DNA from: a virus
Virus record (IMG/VR): IMGVR_UViG_3300037313_001572
Direction: 5' to 3' (one strand)
Length of the DNA stretch: 64,000 bases
Part shown: positions 46,682 to 56,436 of the stretch, piece after piece
Layout of the letters: every line of letters begins with the position of its first letter
How positions within the stretch are numbered: the stretch's first letter is position 1
Translations under genes and position numbers: made by a program
Notes under the pieces: generated by a model
What the model was told of the DNA's origin: nothing
The model's input: only the letters and a program-made list of their open reading frames with translations
Databases searched by the model: none

Positions 46682-46688
46682 GGGGTGT

Positions 46689-47318
46689 TTATTTTTGGGC
46701 GCGCAGTTCGCAGGCGATGCGGTAGGCCTCGCCTACTTGGTGAAATTTTTCGGCATCTGGCTCTTTACCGTCCGGATGGTACCGGCGGACCAGGTCGCGG
46801 CGCGCATCGGCGATTACCTGGAGGGACGCGTGCTCAGGCACACCCAACACCTCAAACCATTTGGCCTGCGTCTGCGCCTCGAGCGCAAGGTATCCAGTGA
46901 AGGCGCGCTCCAAGCTTCCGACTCCCCACCGCTCTTGCCCTCGCAACGCCTCGATGTGCTTGGACAGAGCGTAGATATTGCACTGCACATGCTGCCATTT
47001 ATCGCAGGCCAGGACGTTGCGCTTGCCGCGTAGTTCGAAGTAAACGGCGGCTCCGCAATCCTGCGGCTGTGCTTGGTTTCCGTGCGGCTGGCCGTTGGCC
47101 TTCAGAACAAGATTCGTGCTCAAGACAACCTTGGTAGCTTTCAAACGGTCGAGTTCATCAAAGAGACAGCGCGAGGCGTCTGCGATCGTGTGCCGGCGGT
47201 CTCCGATGCGGGTGCTGTTGGTCTGAGACCCTGGACGAAGGAAGCGAGATTGCTGTGGAAACTTCGTGCGCGGCCAGCCGATAGGCCACGATAGGGGATA
47301 GGCTTGGGGTTGGTTCAT
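46689..47318 (-). CDS. Phage J-domain (DnaJ-like) protein
   Basis: AYPLSWPIGWPRT N-terminus; WFEVLGV..RRYHPD J-domain. Confidence 0.85.
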   Translation of the reverse strand: MNQPQAYPLSWPIGWPRTKFPQQSRFLRPGSQTNSTRIGDRRHTIADASRCLFDELDRLKATKVVLSTNLVLKANGQPHGNQAQPQDCGAAVYFELRGKRNVLACDKWQHVQCNIYALSKHIEALRGQERWGVGSLERAFTGYLALEAQTQAKWFEVLGVPEHASLQVIADARRDLVRRYHPDGKEPDAEKFHQVGEAYRIACELRAQK

Positions 47319-47354
47319 GGAATAAAATCTGAATAATTTAAGGGAGTTTTGTTA

Positions 47355-47807
47355 CTAAATCAGCCAGCCGCGGCGCCGCGCTTCGTTCGGGTGCTGCTCA
47401 ATCCACCGATGCCCCTCGCGTGACACGCGGATGCACTTCGAGAAATCCAGAAGCAATTTTCCTTCTCGTCCGCCCTTGTGGTGGGTGTCGGTCGCCAACA
47501 GTTTTCGGCGGCGGCATTGCTCGATCGTCTTGCCGCAGTGAAGGCAGTTTTCGCAGGTTTCTCCCTCGTGCTCTTCAAAGTAGTGCGCGACTCCAATGAA
47601 TTTGCAGTCGCTAAGAATCAACCCGGCCGCGGCCACTGGGCACCAGCGATTTTCCGGGAGCTCGGCAAACTCCTTGTTGAGCTTCGCGTATTGCCGGCGC
47701 CGTGCCGCCAGTGCTGGCGACGCCTGGCGCATGCGCTTCTGCGGCTTCATGGGGAACGGCTTCGGCTTCCCGAACGGAGTTTTGCGTCGGAGGGGCGTGC
47801 GCTTCAT
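47355..47807 (-). CDS. NinG/HNH-like small nuclease-fold protein
   Basis: Basic N-terminus; WCPV..ATDTHHKGGR..CIRVSREGHRWI. Confidence 0.55.
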   Translation of the reverse strand: MKRTPLRRKTPFGKPKPFPMKPQKRMRQASPALAARRRQYAKLNKEFAELPENRWCPVAAAGLILSDCKFIGVAHYFEEHEGETCENCLHCGKTIEQCRRRKLLATDTHHKGGREGKLLLDFSKCIRVSREGHRWIEQHPNEARRRGWLI

Positions 47808-49465
47808 ACCAGCAACCCCGCTTCCTTGATGAAGATGCTGGGTTGCGATTCCTTCACTCCTCCCCAGTTCTGCCGTCGCTGACTAACGCTGCTGATGTGG
47901 CATTCATCGGCGGCGCGCGTGATGGCCACGAATGCCAGGCGACGCTCTTCCTCGAGGTCTGCGTCGGCTCGCAACGACGGAAGCACTCCCTGCTCCCATG
48001 CAGGAAGGAAGACGATCGGGAATTCCCGCCCCTTGGCGCTGTGGATGGTGCAGACGGTGACTCCGTGGCTGTCGCCATCGGTCTTTGCCCACTTGTCGTG
48101 GTTGAATAGGTCGTGCCGAAGGTCGGTCAGGGTCGGGTTCGGCATCGGCAACTGCTTGATGCGCTCGGCGATGAGTTCGCACGTCTCCATGTCGACGTTC
48201 CATAGTGGTAGCGCGCTAATTAGACTGGCTGGATCATTGTCGTAACCGAATGTATCAGCCGGGCACAATCCCCAGAGGACATGCGCAAGGCTTATCCCTT
48301 CGGTTGAAGCAGTCCGCTTTCCATCCGCAATCTTTTTAGGCGACTCTGATTCTTTGGCGACCTTCTCGGCGATGATGTCATTATACGGGTCAGCAATGAG
48401 GCTAAGCACGTCGACGCAGTGCCGGAAATCGGCCGGCAGGTCGGCCGCGCCGCTGGTGTGCATCGGGATTCCGTTCTGCTCGAGCACCTGGCGAAACTCT
48501 TCGCACAGGCGATTGGTGCGGCACAGGATGGCGATGTCGCTGTAGCTGTAGGCTTGGTGCTTCTCCTGAATCTGCAAGCACACGCTGCCGCGCTCGGCTG
48601 CGTCGTTCCGGTGCAGCGTATAGAGCGTTTCGCCCTCGTCGCGGCGCCATGGCTCCACGTTCTTGGGGATACGATTGACGTTGTTGGAAATCAGCTTCGT
48701 GGCCGTCGCGCACACGCTGACGCAACTGCGGTAGTTCGTCGAAAGCGTGTAGCACGAGGCGGACGAGCCTTGATTCCACCGCTCAATAAATCCGGACGGG
48801 TGCGCTCCACGAAAGGCAAATATGCTTTGGTCAGTGTCGCCTACGATGAAGACGTATGCCGCTTTGAGCAGGTCGTAAATCTCCCAATCGGCGAGGGCGG
48901 AGTCCTGTGCTTCGTCCACGAAAAGGAACTTGGGTAGTCCCCAGGACTCGCCTTGTACTGGCGTGCCGAGAAGTTCGATCGCCTCGCGCAAAACTCCGTC
49001 GTAGTCGACGAGGTTGTTTTTCTTCAGCGTGAAATGATACTCCTTCCAGCACAGTTGCGCCTGTGGATCCCGGCCGGCGAAAAGCGCCTTGTCGCTGCCC
49101 TTGTAGCGGAAACGCTTCGCGACATCCCGAAGCAGTTCCTCTGAGGTCTTCTCGTCGATCAAGTTGATAGAGCCATGCCGGTAGCCGAGAATCTTCCCGA
49201 ACCGCTGGAGCAGGCGGAAGCAGTAGCCATGGAGCGTTCCCAGGAATCCCAGCTTGATGTGTCCGAGCCGATCGGCGAGTTCATTTGCCCCGGCATTGGT
49301 GAACGTCAGGCAAACGATGTCCTTGGGGCTGGCGCCGCGCGAGATCGTCGTCAGGATTGCGGCGCAGAGGGTGCGGGTCTTGCCAGCCCCGGGGTTGGCG
49401 GAGACGATCGTGACGGGTGCCGTGCTTTCGGCGGCGGCGAGTTGGTGCGGGTCAAGGGAGCTCAT
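47804..49465 (-). CDS. UvrD/Rep/PcrA-family SF1 helicase
   Basis: LDPHQ..ANPGAGKT, TFTNAGA, VDEAQD, VGDTDQSIFAFRGA, NYRS, TIHSAKGREF, EERRLAFVAITRA. Confidence 0.9.
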   Translation of the reverse strand: MSSLDPHQLAAAESTAPVTIVSANPGAGKTRTLCAAILTTISRGASPKDIVCLTFTNAGANELADRLGHIKLGFLGTLHGYCFRLLQRFGKILGYRHGSINLIDEKTSEELLRDVAKRFRYKGSDKALFAGRDPQAQLCWKEYHFTLKKNNLVDYDGVLREAIELLGTPVQGESWGLPKFLFVDEAQDSALADWEIYDLLKAAYVFIVGDTDQSIFAFRGAHPSGFIERWNQGSSASCYTLSTNYRSCVSVCATATKLISNNVNRIPKNVEPWRRDEGETLYTLHRNDAAERGSVCLQIQEKHQAYSYSDIAILCRTNRLCEEFRQVLEQNGIPMHTSGAADLPADFRHCVDVLSLIADPYNDIIAEKVAKESESPKKIADGKRTASTEGISLAHVLWGLCPADTFGYDNDPASLISALPLWNVDMETCELIAERIKQLPMPNPTLTDLRHDLFNHDKWAKTDGDSHGVTVCTIHSAKGREFPIVFLPAWEQGVLPSLRADADLEEERRLAFVAITRAADECHISSVSQRRQNWGGVKESQPSIFIKEAGLLV

Positions 49466-49992
49466 GGGACGTGTTTCCAAGTTTTTCCTGTTGTGATTTT
49501 TAGAATGGCGCCACATGTCACGCCGTACTCTTTTGCCAACAATGTTGCGTTTCCGCGATGCAGTGCGGTGCTGACATACCTAGCTCGAATACTGCGTACA
49601 TCTTCTTCCGTAAGAATTGAGTTGTGATGCTTCTCTCCGATAGGCGATCTGCGTCTACCTTTTTGTTTCGAGTCAGCATAGTTATCCTTCCCGGTGCCAG
49701 CAAATAAGTGTGACGGGTTGCAGCACGGTGGATTGTCGCAGCGATGGCAAATCTCGCTGCCATTTTGAATTGGACCGTTCGCGGCCATAAATGCAAAACG
49801 ATGAGTTCGTATACTCCTCCAATTGAACCAAATCCTGCCATACCCAGACGGGAATCGCCTACCATTCCACTCCCAGCATTCTTGAGGAGTTTTGATGTCC
49901 ACGAGGCTCCAGAATTGAAGCAAGGCGTCATGGAGTGTTTTTTGTCTGCGACCTTTCAGTGCTTTTCCTTGGTCGTCCCCCGCGTCTTCCAT
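49462..49992 (-). CDS. Free-standing HNH endonuclease (zinc-binding loop type)
   Basis: FWSLVD..ECWEW..YGRI..THRFAF..ICHRCDNPPCCNPSHLFAGT..DN. Confidence 0.85.
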   Translation of the reverse strand: MEDAGDDQGKALKGRRQKTLHDALLQFWSLVDIKTPQECWEWNGRRFPSGYGRIWFNWRSIRTHRFAFMAANGPIQNGSEICHRCDNPPCCNPSHLFAGTGKDNYADSKQKGRRRSPIGEKHHNSILTEEDVRSIRARYVSTALHRGNATLLAKEYGVTCGAILKITTGKTWKHVP

Positions 49993-50080
49993 TGCGGCGG
50001 GCGGCCTCTGCTTTTCGTTTTGACGTAATTCTTCCGAGCATTGCTGCAGCCTCGCTAGCTGGAGTTTTATATTTTGGCAT
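49928..50080 (-). CDS. 50-aa basic ORF (SKRKAEAARRNGRRGGRPRK)
   Basis: Hand translation; overlaps the HNH start. Confidence 0.5.
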   Translation of the reverse strand: MPKYKTPASEAAAMLGRITSKRKAEAARRNGRRGGRPRKSTERSQTKNTP

Positions 50081-50120
50081 GTAAACATTAACCCAACGAT
50101 GGGTTTTAGTTTTAATTCTG

Positions 50121-52142
50121 TCAATGGATATTTACGACATCCCATCCATCCTTTTTAAGTGGCTCATCGGATGGTATGATGACGATAACCTGATCTAGTG
50201 TGCCTGATTCAACAGCACGTTTCAGATTGGCCATTAGACGCTCGCGAAGTCCTTCGGTTGCACGCGCCAACTCGTCTATGATAGGCACCCTTAACCGGGA
50301 TTTTGCACTGAGCGCACAAGCAACAGCGACGTACGAAATAAATCGTTCGACACCACTAAATGTCCGATGTGACACAAACCCGCTGGTTCGCCACATGCCG
50401 AGCTCGTTGTCGTGGTAGGCCAGAGGGGCCGGCAGAAGTTCCCCAACGATGCCATTGGCGGTATCCAGCAGCACCTTGAAAGCCGTAGTTACCAAATCTC
50501 CCTTCACCTCGGTCAGCTTGGATTTTACCTGCTTGATGACATCCCGGCGCGCGGCGGCCTTCTCGTGCTCCTCGGCGGCCTGCGCCTGGCGTTTGATGTC
50601 GTGCGCCAGGGATTGCGCATCGAGGAGCCGTTGCCGGGCTTCCCGGAGATTAGCGTTGATGGCACCCAGGTCGCCGTTCACGCGCTCGATTTCGTCCGCG
50701 GATACGTCCTTTACGGATTCGATGCGCACGAGCTCCTCCCGAAGGGATTGCATATTTTTCGCGTGGGATTCGACGATCATCTTCCGCGTGGCGATGGCGT
50801 GGTCTACGTTGCGGTCGTAGGCATCGACTTCGCGCTCGTATTGGCGAAGCTTCTGATTCAATTCATCGATTTCGGAGAGCAGTTGCCGGCGGCCCGCCTG
50901 CCGCGTTTCCATCGCGCGCCAAGCTGCATGTGCTTCGCCTTGGGATTTCTTCTTTTTCTCGGCATCTTGCGTGGCAGTCTCGAGATTGAATCGCAGTGGC
51001 CGCAACTGTTCTTCCAGCGACTTGGCGACGATGTCCTTCCATCCTTGCTGGGCACTACGGCAAAACGGGCAGCAGTCGAGGCCCTGAAGGTCCAACAATT
51101 CGGATTCCTTGTCGCTGAGAATCGATTGCCGGTTCTCCATCTCCATGTGTGCCTCGACCCATTCACGATCGGCAGCATCGTAGGAATTTCGTACAGAGGA
51201 TGGATCCTCGGCCGGATACTTCTCGAGCGTTTGGTTCGCATGCCGAATGGCAGAACGAACTTTCTCGATGTCGATCGCTGATTTAAACGGAGCCAATGGT
51301 TTCTCTGCCGGAACCTCCTCGAGCAGCGCGTCGGCAATTTCCTGCCGACGCTTTTCGGCGGAAAGGAAGTACTTCTTATTCGCCCGAAGTTCGCCCTCCG
51401 CCCGGCTGGTCTCCTGCTGCGTTTTCTCGAGCGCGGCAATGTCCCGTTTAATCTCATCGAGCGTGGTGGCAGAACACGTGCCCTCACGCAGCTTCAATTC
51501 GGCCAGGATGCGAACGCTTCCCTCCGAGTCGGCAGCCCGGCGGTTGTAGATCGTGAATTCCTGCGCCAGCGAGGTTTCCGCAGAAAGTATCAGGTCGGGC
51601 AAAAATTCTGGGCGATTCAGAATCTCCGATACGTCCGAAATCACGGCATGCTTGGCGTCCTCGATCGCCTCGGAGTGCTCGGCACCGAAATCGATGCGCC
51701 GAAGCATGGCGACGATTCCGGCCGGCGTCTTGTCTTCCGGCATGGTGACATTGCGGAAAATGAAATCGATGCGCTCGCGCTCGCTCTGCTTCAACCAGGC
51801 TTCGCAGTCCAGGAGAGGGCATGTGTAGGCAGGATCCGCCTTGGACGGAACACACTTTATGCTGCCCTCAGACTGGGTCAGTGAGCGGCTGATGTTGACT
51901 CCGTCTTCGCTGTAATCGCCCAGCGTGACGCCAACCGTCATCTGGTGTCCGCTGGCCAGCGCGAAAGCGGCACCGGGTTTCTCGCCCACTTCGGGCAACT
52001 TGCCCAGCAGGGCGAAACGAATGGCGTCCACGATGGCGGTTTTCCCGGCCATGTTCGGGCCGGCGATGATCGTGAGAGGAGACAGAGCGTAACGGAAGTT
52101 ACGGCCCTTGAGGTTTTTGGCTTCTACGGATTGGATGTGCAT
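50121..52142 (-). CDS. SMC/Rad50/SbcC-like ATPase
   Basis: IAGPNMAGKT, long coiled coil with CPFC zinc hook, FSGVE signature, IIDE. Confidence 0.85.
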   Translation of the reverse strand: MHIQSVEAKNLKGRNFRYALSPLTIIAGPNMAGKTAIVDAIRFALLGKLPEVGEKPGAAFALASGHQMTVGVTLGDYSEDGVNISRSLTQSEGSIKCVPSKADPAYTCPLLDCEAWLKQSERERIDFIFRNVTMPEDKTPAGIVAMLRRIDFGAEHSEAIEDAKHAVISDVSEILNRPEFLPDLILSAETSLAQEFTIYNRRAADSEGSVRILAELKLREGTCSATTLDEIKRDIAALEKTQQETSRAEGELRANKKYFLSAEKRRQEIADALLEEVPAEKPLAPFKSAIDIEKVRSAIRHANQTLEKYPAEDPSSVRNSYDAADREWVEAHMEMENRQSILSDKESELLDLQGLDCCPFCRSAQQGWKDIVAKSLEEQLRPLRFNLETATQDAEKKKKSQGEAHAAWRAMETRQAGRRQLLSEIDELNQKLRQYEREVDAYDRNVDHAIATRKMIVESHAKNMQSLREELVRIESVKDVSADEIERVNGDLGAINANLREARQRLLDAQSLAHDIKRQAQAAEEHEKAAARRDVIKQVKSKLTEVKGDLVTTAFKVLLDTANGIVGELLPAPLAYHDNELGMWRTSGFVSHRTFSGVERFISYVAVACALSAKSRLRVPIIDELARATEGLRERLMANLKRAVESGTLDQVIVIIPSDEPLKKDGWDVVNIH

Positions 52143-52241
52143 GATGATTTTTGGTGAAAGGGTTGATCGTCCGGCGGCGGAGACAGTCACCCCCGCCGGA
52201 CTCGCGTGCGCCTCGGTGCGACGGTTCTGTTCCGGCGCTCG

Positions 52242-53006
52242 CTAAAAGGGAATGTCTGATTCCGCGTCAGAATCGTCGATCGCCGGATGCGCGCGTTCCG
52301 GCGGACGCTCTTCCCGCGGCGGCGGCTCCGGTGCGCGCTCCTCGCGTGCCGGCGGCTGTTGCTGCTGCCGCTGCTTGGTGTCGATCCACTTCACCGGCAG
52401 CTTGTGAATGTCCGTGCTGCTCTTCGTCTCAATGAAGATGGTCGTCGCCAAGGCGCGCACATCCTCCGGGTTTCCTTCGGGGATATGCTTCGTAACCAAT
52501 CCTTCCGCCACGTGCAGGCACACATCCATCAACACGCCACACTTGGCAGCGAAATGCTTGGCCTTAGTGAATGCCTCGCGCTGCTCCTCCTCGCGCTCCT
52601 CTGCCGATTTACGATGCGAAATGCTTGCCTCGCGTCGGTTATCACGGCCGCCACGCTCTTCGCCGCGGTCGCTACGGTCGTCGCGCGATTCCCGGCGCTC
52701 TTCGCGGTGATGGCGGTGGCCATCGCCATCAACCTCAATCGCGGCTTCTTTTTCGCGACCGCTGGCCACAATCTTGATCGTCTTTCCCTTGTATCCGCTG
52801 AGAGCATCCCCGCACCGATCGTTCTCGATGGGGTAGTAGTGCGTTTCGCCGTAGCACTTGAATGCGATCTGCTTCGGGCGTCCCTTGAATTTGCTTTCCT
52901 CGGGCTCGTCGCAGAGCAACGAGATTTCCAGCGGGCCATTGTCCTGGGTCTCTTTGACGATGGCGGAGTGATAGACGGTTGCTTTTTCGAACGGGGATTT
53001 GCTCAT
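52242..53006 (-). CDS. SSB-like protein
   Basis: Acidic C-terminal tail DDSDAESDIPF; recombination/replication context. Confidence 0.55.
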   Translation of the reverse strand: MSKSPFEKATVYHSAIVKETQDNGPLEISLLCDEPEESKFKGRPKQIAFKCYGETHYYPIENDRCGDALSGYKGKTIKIVASGREKEAAIEVDGDGHRHHREERRESRDDRSDRGEERGGRDNRREASISHRKSAEEREEEQREAFTKAKHFAAKCGVLMDVCLHVAEGLVTKHIPEGNPEDVRALATTIFIETKSSTDIHKLPVKWIDTKQRQQQQPPAREERAPEPPPREERPPERAHPAIDDSDAESDIPF

Positions 53007-53010
53007 AAAA

Positions 53011-53190
53011 TTACCTGGAAGATTTGCGGGCGTTTTTCTGACGCTTGAGTGAGTTCTCATTCCTTGCAATCCATTCGCAAACCGCCTCGCCGACTAAAAA
53101 ACTAACCGATCGCCTACGCAATTTCGCATGCTCAGAAAGAGCCTTTGACTGATCGTCTGTTACTGAAGCCGAAATGCGAGGTGCCTTCAT
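53011..53190 (-). CDS. Ribbon-helix-helix transcriptional regulator
   Basis: RISASVTDDQSKAL..AKLRRRSVSFLVGEAV. Confidence 0.7.
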   Translation of the reverse strand: MKAPRISASVTDDQSKALSEHAKLRRRSVSFLVGEAVCEWIARNENSLKRQKNARKSSR

Positions 53191-53191
53191 T

Positions 53192-53218
53192 TGCAGCACT
53201 ATGCAGCAACGTGCTGCA
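53192..53218. promoter_or_regulatory. Candidate RHH operator: TGCAGCA-ACG-TGCTGCA plus an extra TGCAGCA
   Basis: 7-bp inverted repeat immediately upstream of the RHH ATG. Confidence 0.5.
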
Positions 53219-53251
53219 CGTTGGCAAGAAAAAATCCGAAATAAATTCCGC

Positions 53252-53890
53252 TCAGTTCGTCGGAGGCTGCAATTCCGCGCCTGTGGCCGTGTCGTAAATC
53301 GGGCTTCCGTCCTTTAATGCCGCGTACGGCCAATACTCGATGATCGTGAGTGCCAGGGAGGTGGCAGAGTGGGAAAATATCGTTCCCTGAGTGGAAACGT
53401 AGAGTGTTATGCTGTGCCCCTCAAAAGTTCCGGTGAACGTCGATTGATTGTCGGTGAACTGGTATCCCCCCGTCTGCACGCTGAGCGCGTTTACGCCATC
53501 GCCAATGACAAGCGAATACCCGCAGACAAGGTAATAGTCACCTGAGTATTTTGCGACTCCGAACGAGGCACTTCCATTTCCATCCGATCCGCCGAAAATA
53601 ATCACGGGATTTAGGATGAAATCTAGCTCGCGAGTTGGATTTGAGCCTGCAGGAATCATGGTTCCGCTGGCGGCCGTAAATGTTCCGCCTGGTGTGTCTA
53701 CCGTTGCGCCGATTGAAAGCGCCCAATTTTTCGGCTTCCAGTAGAACTTTATGGCATCGCCAAGTGGCACCGGTCCGTAGGTGTTATCCGGAGGAGTCGA
53801 AATGAAATTGGCAATCCCAAATGGAAACCCCTGCTCTGATGCGCTTACCGCTGGTGAAGCGACCGAAAGAAACCTGACCGTGTCACTCAT
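53252..53890 (-). CDS. Putative virion protein (212 aa)
   Basis: End of the tail operon; aromatic/Gly-rich beta composition. Confidence 0.55.
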   Translation of the reverse strand: MSDTVRFLSVASPAVSASEQGFPFGIANFISTPPDNTYGPVPLGDAIKFYWKPKNWALSIGATVDTPGGTFTAASGTMIPAGSNPTRELDFILNPVIIFGGSDGNGSASFGVAKYSGDYYLVCGYSLVIGDGVNALSVQTGGYQFTDNQSTFTGTFEGHSITLYVSTQGTIFSHSATSLALTIIEYWPYAALKDGSPIYDTATGAELQPPTN

Positions 53891-54165
53891 ACCGGGCCGG
53901 TGATTTTACCACTGAGGCTGCAGTAATATCCCGTTCCACTGAAGACGATAATGACATTGTCGATCGTCGTACCGGAACCATCATCCTGGCGCCGCGGTAT
54001 CAACAGCGGATTCGGCGGCGGATTCGGTGCGTCCGACTGGCTCTTTTTTGGGTCGTTAATGACAGCATCATGCCGACGCGTGTCGATCGGCGGAAGCGGC
54101 GGCCGAAGCTGCCGCATGAGGTCGTCGATGTACTCGCGGTTTTTGTCGGCCTGTTGATTGCTCAC
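53887..54165 (-). CDS. Small tail-associated protein (GTG 54165)
   Basis: GTGA overlap with the upstream stop. Confidence 0.5.
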   Translation of the reverse strand: MSNQQADKNREYIDDLMRQLRPPLPPIDTRRHDAVINDPKKSQSDAPNPPPNPLLIPRRQDDGSGTTIDNVIIVFSGTGYYCSLSGKITGPV

Positions 54166-56432
54166 GACATCACAATAATTCGAACGAGATACACGTCGAA
54201 GTGCAAAATCTCTCCGGGCCCCATCTGCACAATGCCGGGGCGGTCTCCCTTGACCAGCGGAGTAACGCGGAACGTCCATACTCGAGCCTGGCCGTTGGTG
54301 ACGTTTGCGCCCCACAAGGTTTGCGTGACCGAATCCCCGCCAGTGCTGAATCCGGACGGCAAGGTCATCGCCTCGTAGTCCGAGGAGTCGAGGAAATACT
54401 CGTAGCAGGTCGCCAGAGCTGATCCGTGGCCGCCATTGTTGAGCACCTCATCCAGTCCTAGGTCCACATTGGTTCCGTAGGCGTAGACCAGAGACCAGGA
54501 ACCGGTGTCATCAAACTTCTTGTGCACGGCGCAGGGGAACGCCCGCGGGGATGGCAAAGAGGATTTTCGAAGCGAGGAAAGAATGGCCACGCTCTTGATC
54601 GAATCGACCGGAGTCACCTTGACGTACGTGCGCGAACCGATAGTCGCACTGACTACGGCGCCCGTCAGCCCGGCGCAGGTAACGGTGACCGCCGGGGCAC
54701 CAGTGTAGAGCGATCCGGGGTTGGTTAGGCTGACCGCGCTGAGATATCCGCTGGCGATCGTCACGTGCGCGGCCGCGGAAGTTCCGCCGCCACCGATACA
54801 ATTGACCGTCGTAGTCAGCGCGGCATATCCGCTACCTGCGGTGTCGATGACCACCGAGGCTACGGGTGTAGGTTTCACCTTGATCGAGACGACCGCCGTA
54901 GAGGATCCGTGCACGACGATTTCCGGGCTCTGATACCTCGAGCCGGATTGGGTCATTTGAAGCGAGGCGATACTTGTAGCGAGCAGCGTCCACGGCCCGA
55001 AGGATCCGCCGCTGCCGCCGCTGGTTCCAGGGTCAACCGTGACCGCTGGACGTTTGGTGTACCCTGATCCGGCGTTTGTCATGCTGTACCCAGTGATTAC
55101 ACCACCGGTCAGCACCGGGTCTGCTGTGGCCTGGGTTCCTCCCGATACGTCAGGAGCACCAATTACGAGAGTCGTGGTTGAATCGTATCCGCTGCCGCCG
55201 GAAATAAGTATTCCGGCCGCTCCGTCCAGTGCAACGGGCGTGTTAGTGGCCAGAACGATGGCGCCGCTACCGGGCCCGTTGTCCTGGTCGATCACTTCGA
55301 GCAAAACCGCGTCTGTGATATCGCTACCGGCGACATCGATCGAGAGCGAAGCAGGATCCAGCAGCGAGGGCGAAAGAAGGCTGTGACCGGTGGCACCGGT
55401 GCCCGCTCCGGAAAATGCCACGGCCGGCGGACTGGTGTATTGCGTGCCGCCCGCGTCCATAACGACGCTGGCCAGCGCGCCAGCGGTCGCCGGCATGTGA
55501 ATGGTGGCCGTCCCCAGCGCTGTCGTTCCTCCTCCGCCTGGCGCGGCAATGGTCAACGTGGCGGAACTGCTGGTCGCGCCGGTACCGGCGGAGATGATAT
55601 TCAGACCGGTCACCACGGAGCCGAGTATTCCGCTGGTCAATGATCCGGCGGGGATGACCTGCTTGGAGTAGTCGGTGATGAAGCCGTAGCGTTCATCGGT
55701 ATCGATGCCGGACAGCAGCGGGCCAGGAACTCGCTCCCAGCGTCTTTGCACGCGCACGAATCGGCCTTCCATCATCTCCTCGGCCTTCCCTACGTTCTCG
55801 TCGGTCAGGATGCAGAGCGTGGGCTGCATCGTGGCGGTGATGATGGCCGTGGTCGAGGCTGCCGAGACATTCGGCAGGCTGCCCGCATCGTAGCCGCTGC
55901 CGCTATTGGTCAGGTAGGCTCCGATGACCTTGCTGTTGCGGACCTGGTATTTTCCAGTGGCCTGCGTTCCGGAAAATGGGGCGTCGATGGTCAGGCTGTA
56001 GATTCCATCGGCCAGGGCAGTGACTCCAGCTGACCAGACTTTCACGCTGACCAGAGCCGTGAGGGGATCGCCGAGGACCATCGGCGTAAAGTCTCGAGGC
56101 AACAGGTAACTCCGCACGAAGATCGGATAGTCTGCGTTGGCCAGGTCGCTCAATCCCTGATCGAGATTGTATTGCTCCTGGGCAAGGCGATCGTTGGCGA
56201 AGATCCGCCGGACGCCCATATTGTTGCGGTCGCCATGCACCGGCCCCTGCCAGGTGAGCCGGCAATCGGTGCGGACGTCATGTAGACTCTGCGGGGGCAG
56301 CGTGTTCGGAAGCTGGTTCCGAATTGGTCCCTCCTCGATGATGATGATATCCTCCGGGCATGGTGTCGGGTAGTTGATACCCGGCACTCCGTATTTGTCC
56401 GGCGGCGGCGTTTGCGTCCAGTCGACAGGCAT
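54162..56432 (-). CDS. Tail protein with repeated (I/V)xxxGSGY...P.V modules
   Basis: About 8 GSGY/GTQY/GSLY-type repeats typical of phage tail/baseplate proteins. Confidence 0.7.
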   Translation of the reverse strand: MPVDWTQTPPPDKYGVPGINYPTPCPEDIIIIEEGPIRNQLPNTLPPQSLHDVRTDCRLTWQGPVHGDRNNMGVRRIFANDRLAQEQYNLDQGLSDLANADYPIFVRSYLLPRDFTPMVLGDPLTALVSVKVWSAGVTALADGIYSLTIDAPFSGTQATGKYQVRNSKVIGAYLTNSGSGYDAGSLPNVSAASTTAIITATMQPTLCILTDENVGKAEEMMEGRFVRVQRRWERVPGPLLSGIDTDERYGFITDYSKQVIPAGSLTSGILGSVVTGLNIISAGTGATSSSATLTIAAPGGGGTTALGTATIHMPATAGALASVVMDAGGTQYTSPPAVAFSGAGTGATGHSLLSPSLLDPASLSIDVAGSDITDAVLLEVIDQDNGPGSGAIVLATNTPVALDGAAGILISGGSGYDSTTTLVIGAPDVSGGTQATADPVLTGGVITGYSMTNAGSGYTKRPAVTVDPGTSGGSGGSFGPWTLLATSIASLQMTQSGSRYQSPEIVVHGSSTAVVSIKVKPTPVASVVIDTAGSGYAALTTTVNCIGGGGTSAAAHVTIASGYLSAVSLTNPGSLYTGAPAVTVTCAGLTGAVVSATIGSRTYVKVTPVDSIKSVAILSSLRKSSLPSPRAFPCAVHKKFDDTGSWSLVYAYGTNVDLGLDEVLNNGGHGSALATCYEYFLDSSDYEAMTLPSGFSTGGDSVTQTLWGANVTNGQARVWTFRVTPLVKGDRPGIVQMGPGEILHFDVYLVRIIVMS

Positions 56433-56436
56433 GATT

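Noticed and set aside
49518-49945. A-AAA-AAC -1 slippery site leading into the 137-aa ORF 49518-49931
   Set aside because: The -1 frame is a motif-less shadow; the HNH is in the +1 frame, so a programmed -1 frameshift does not explain it
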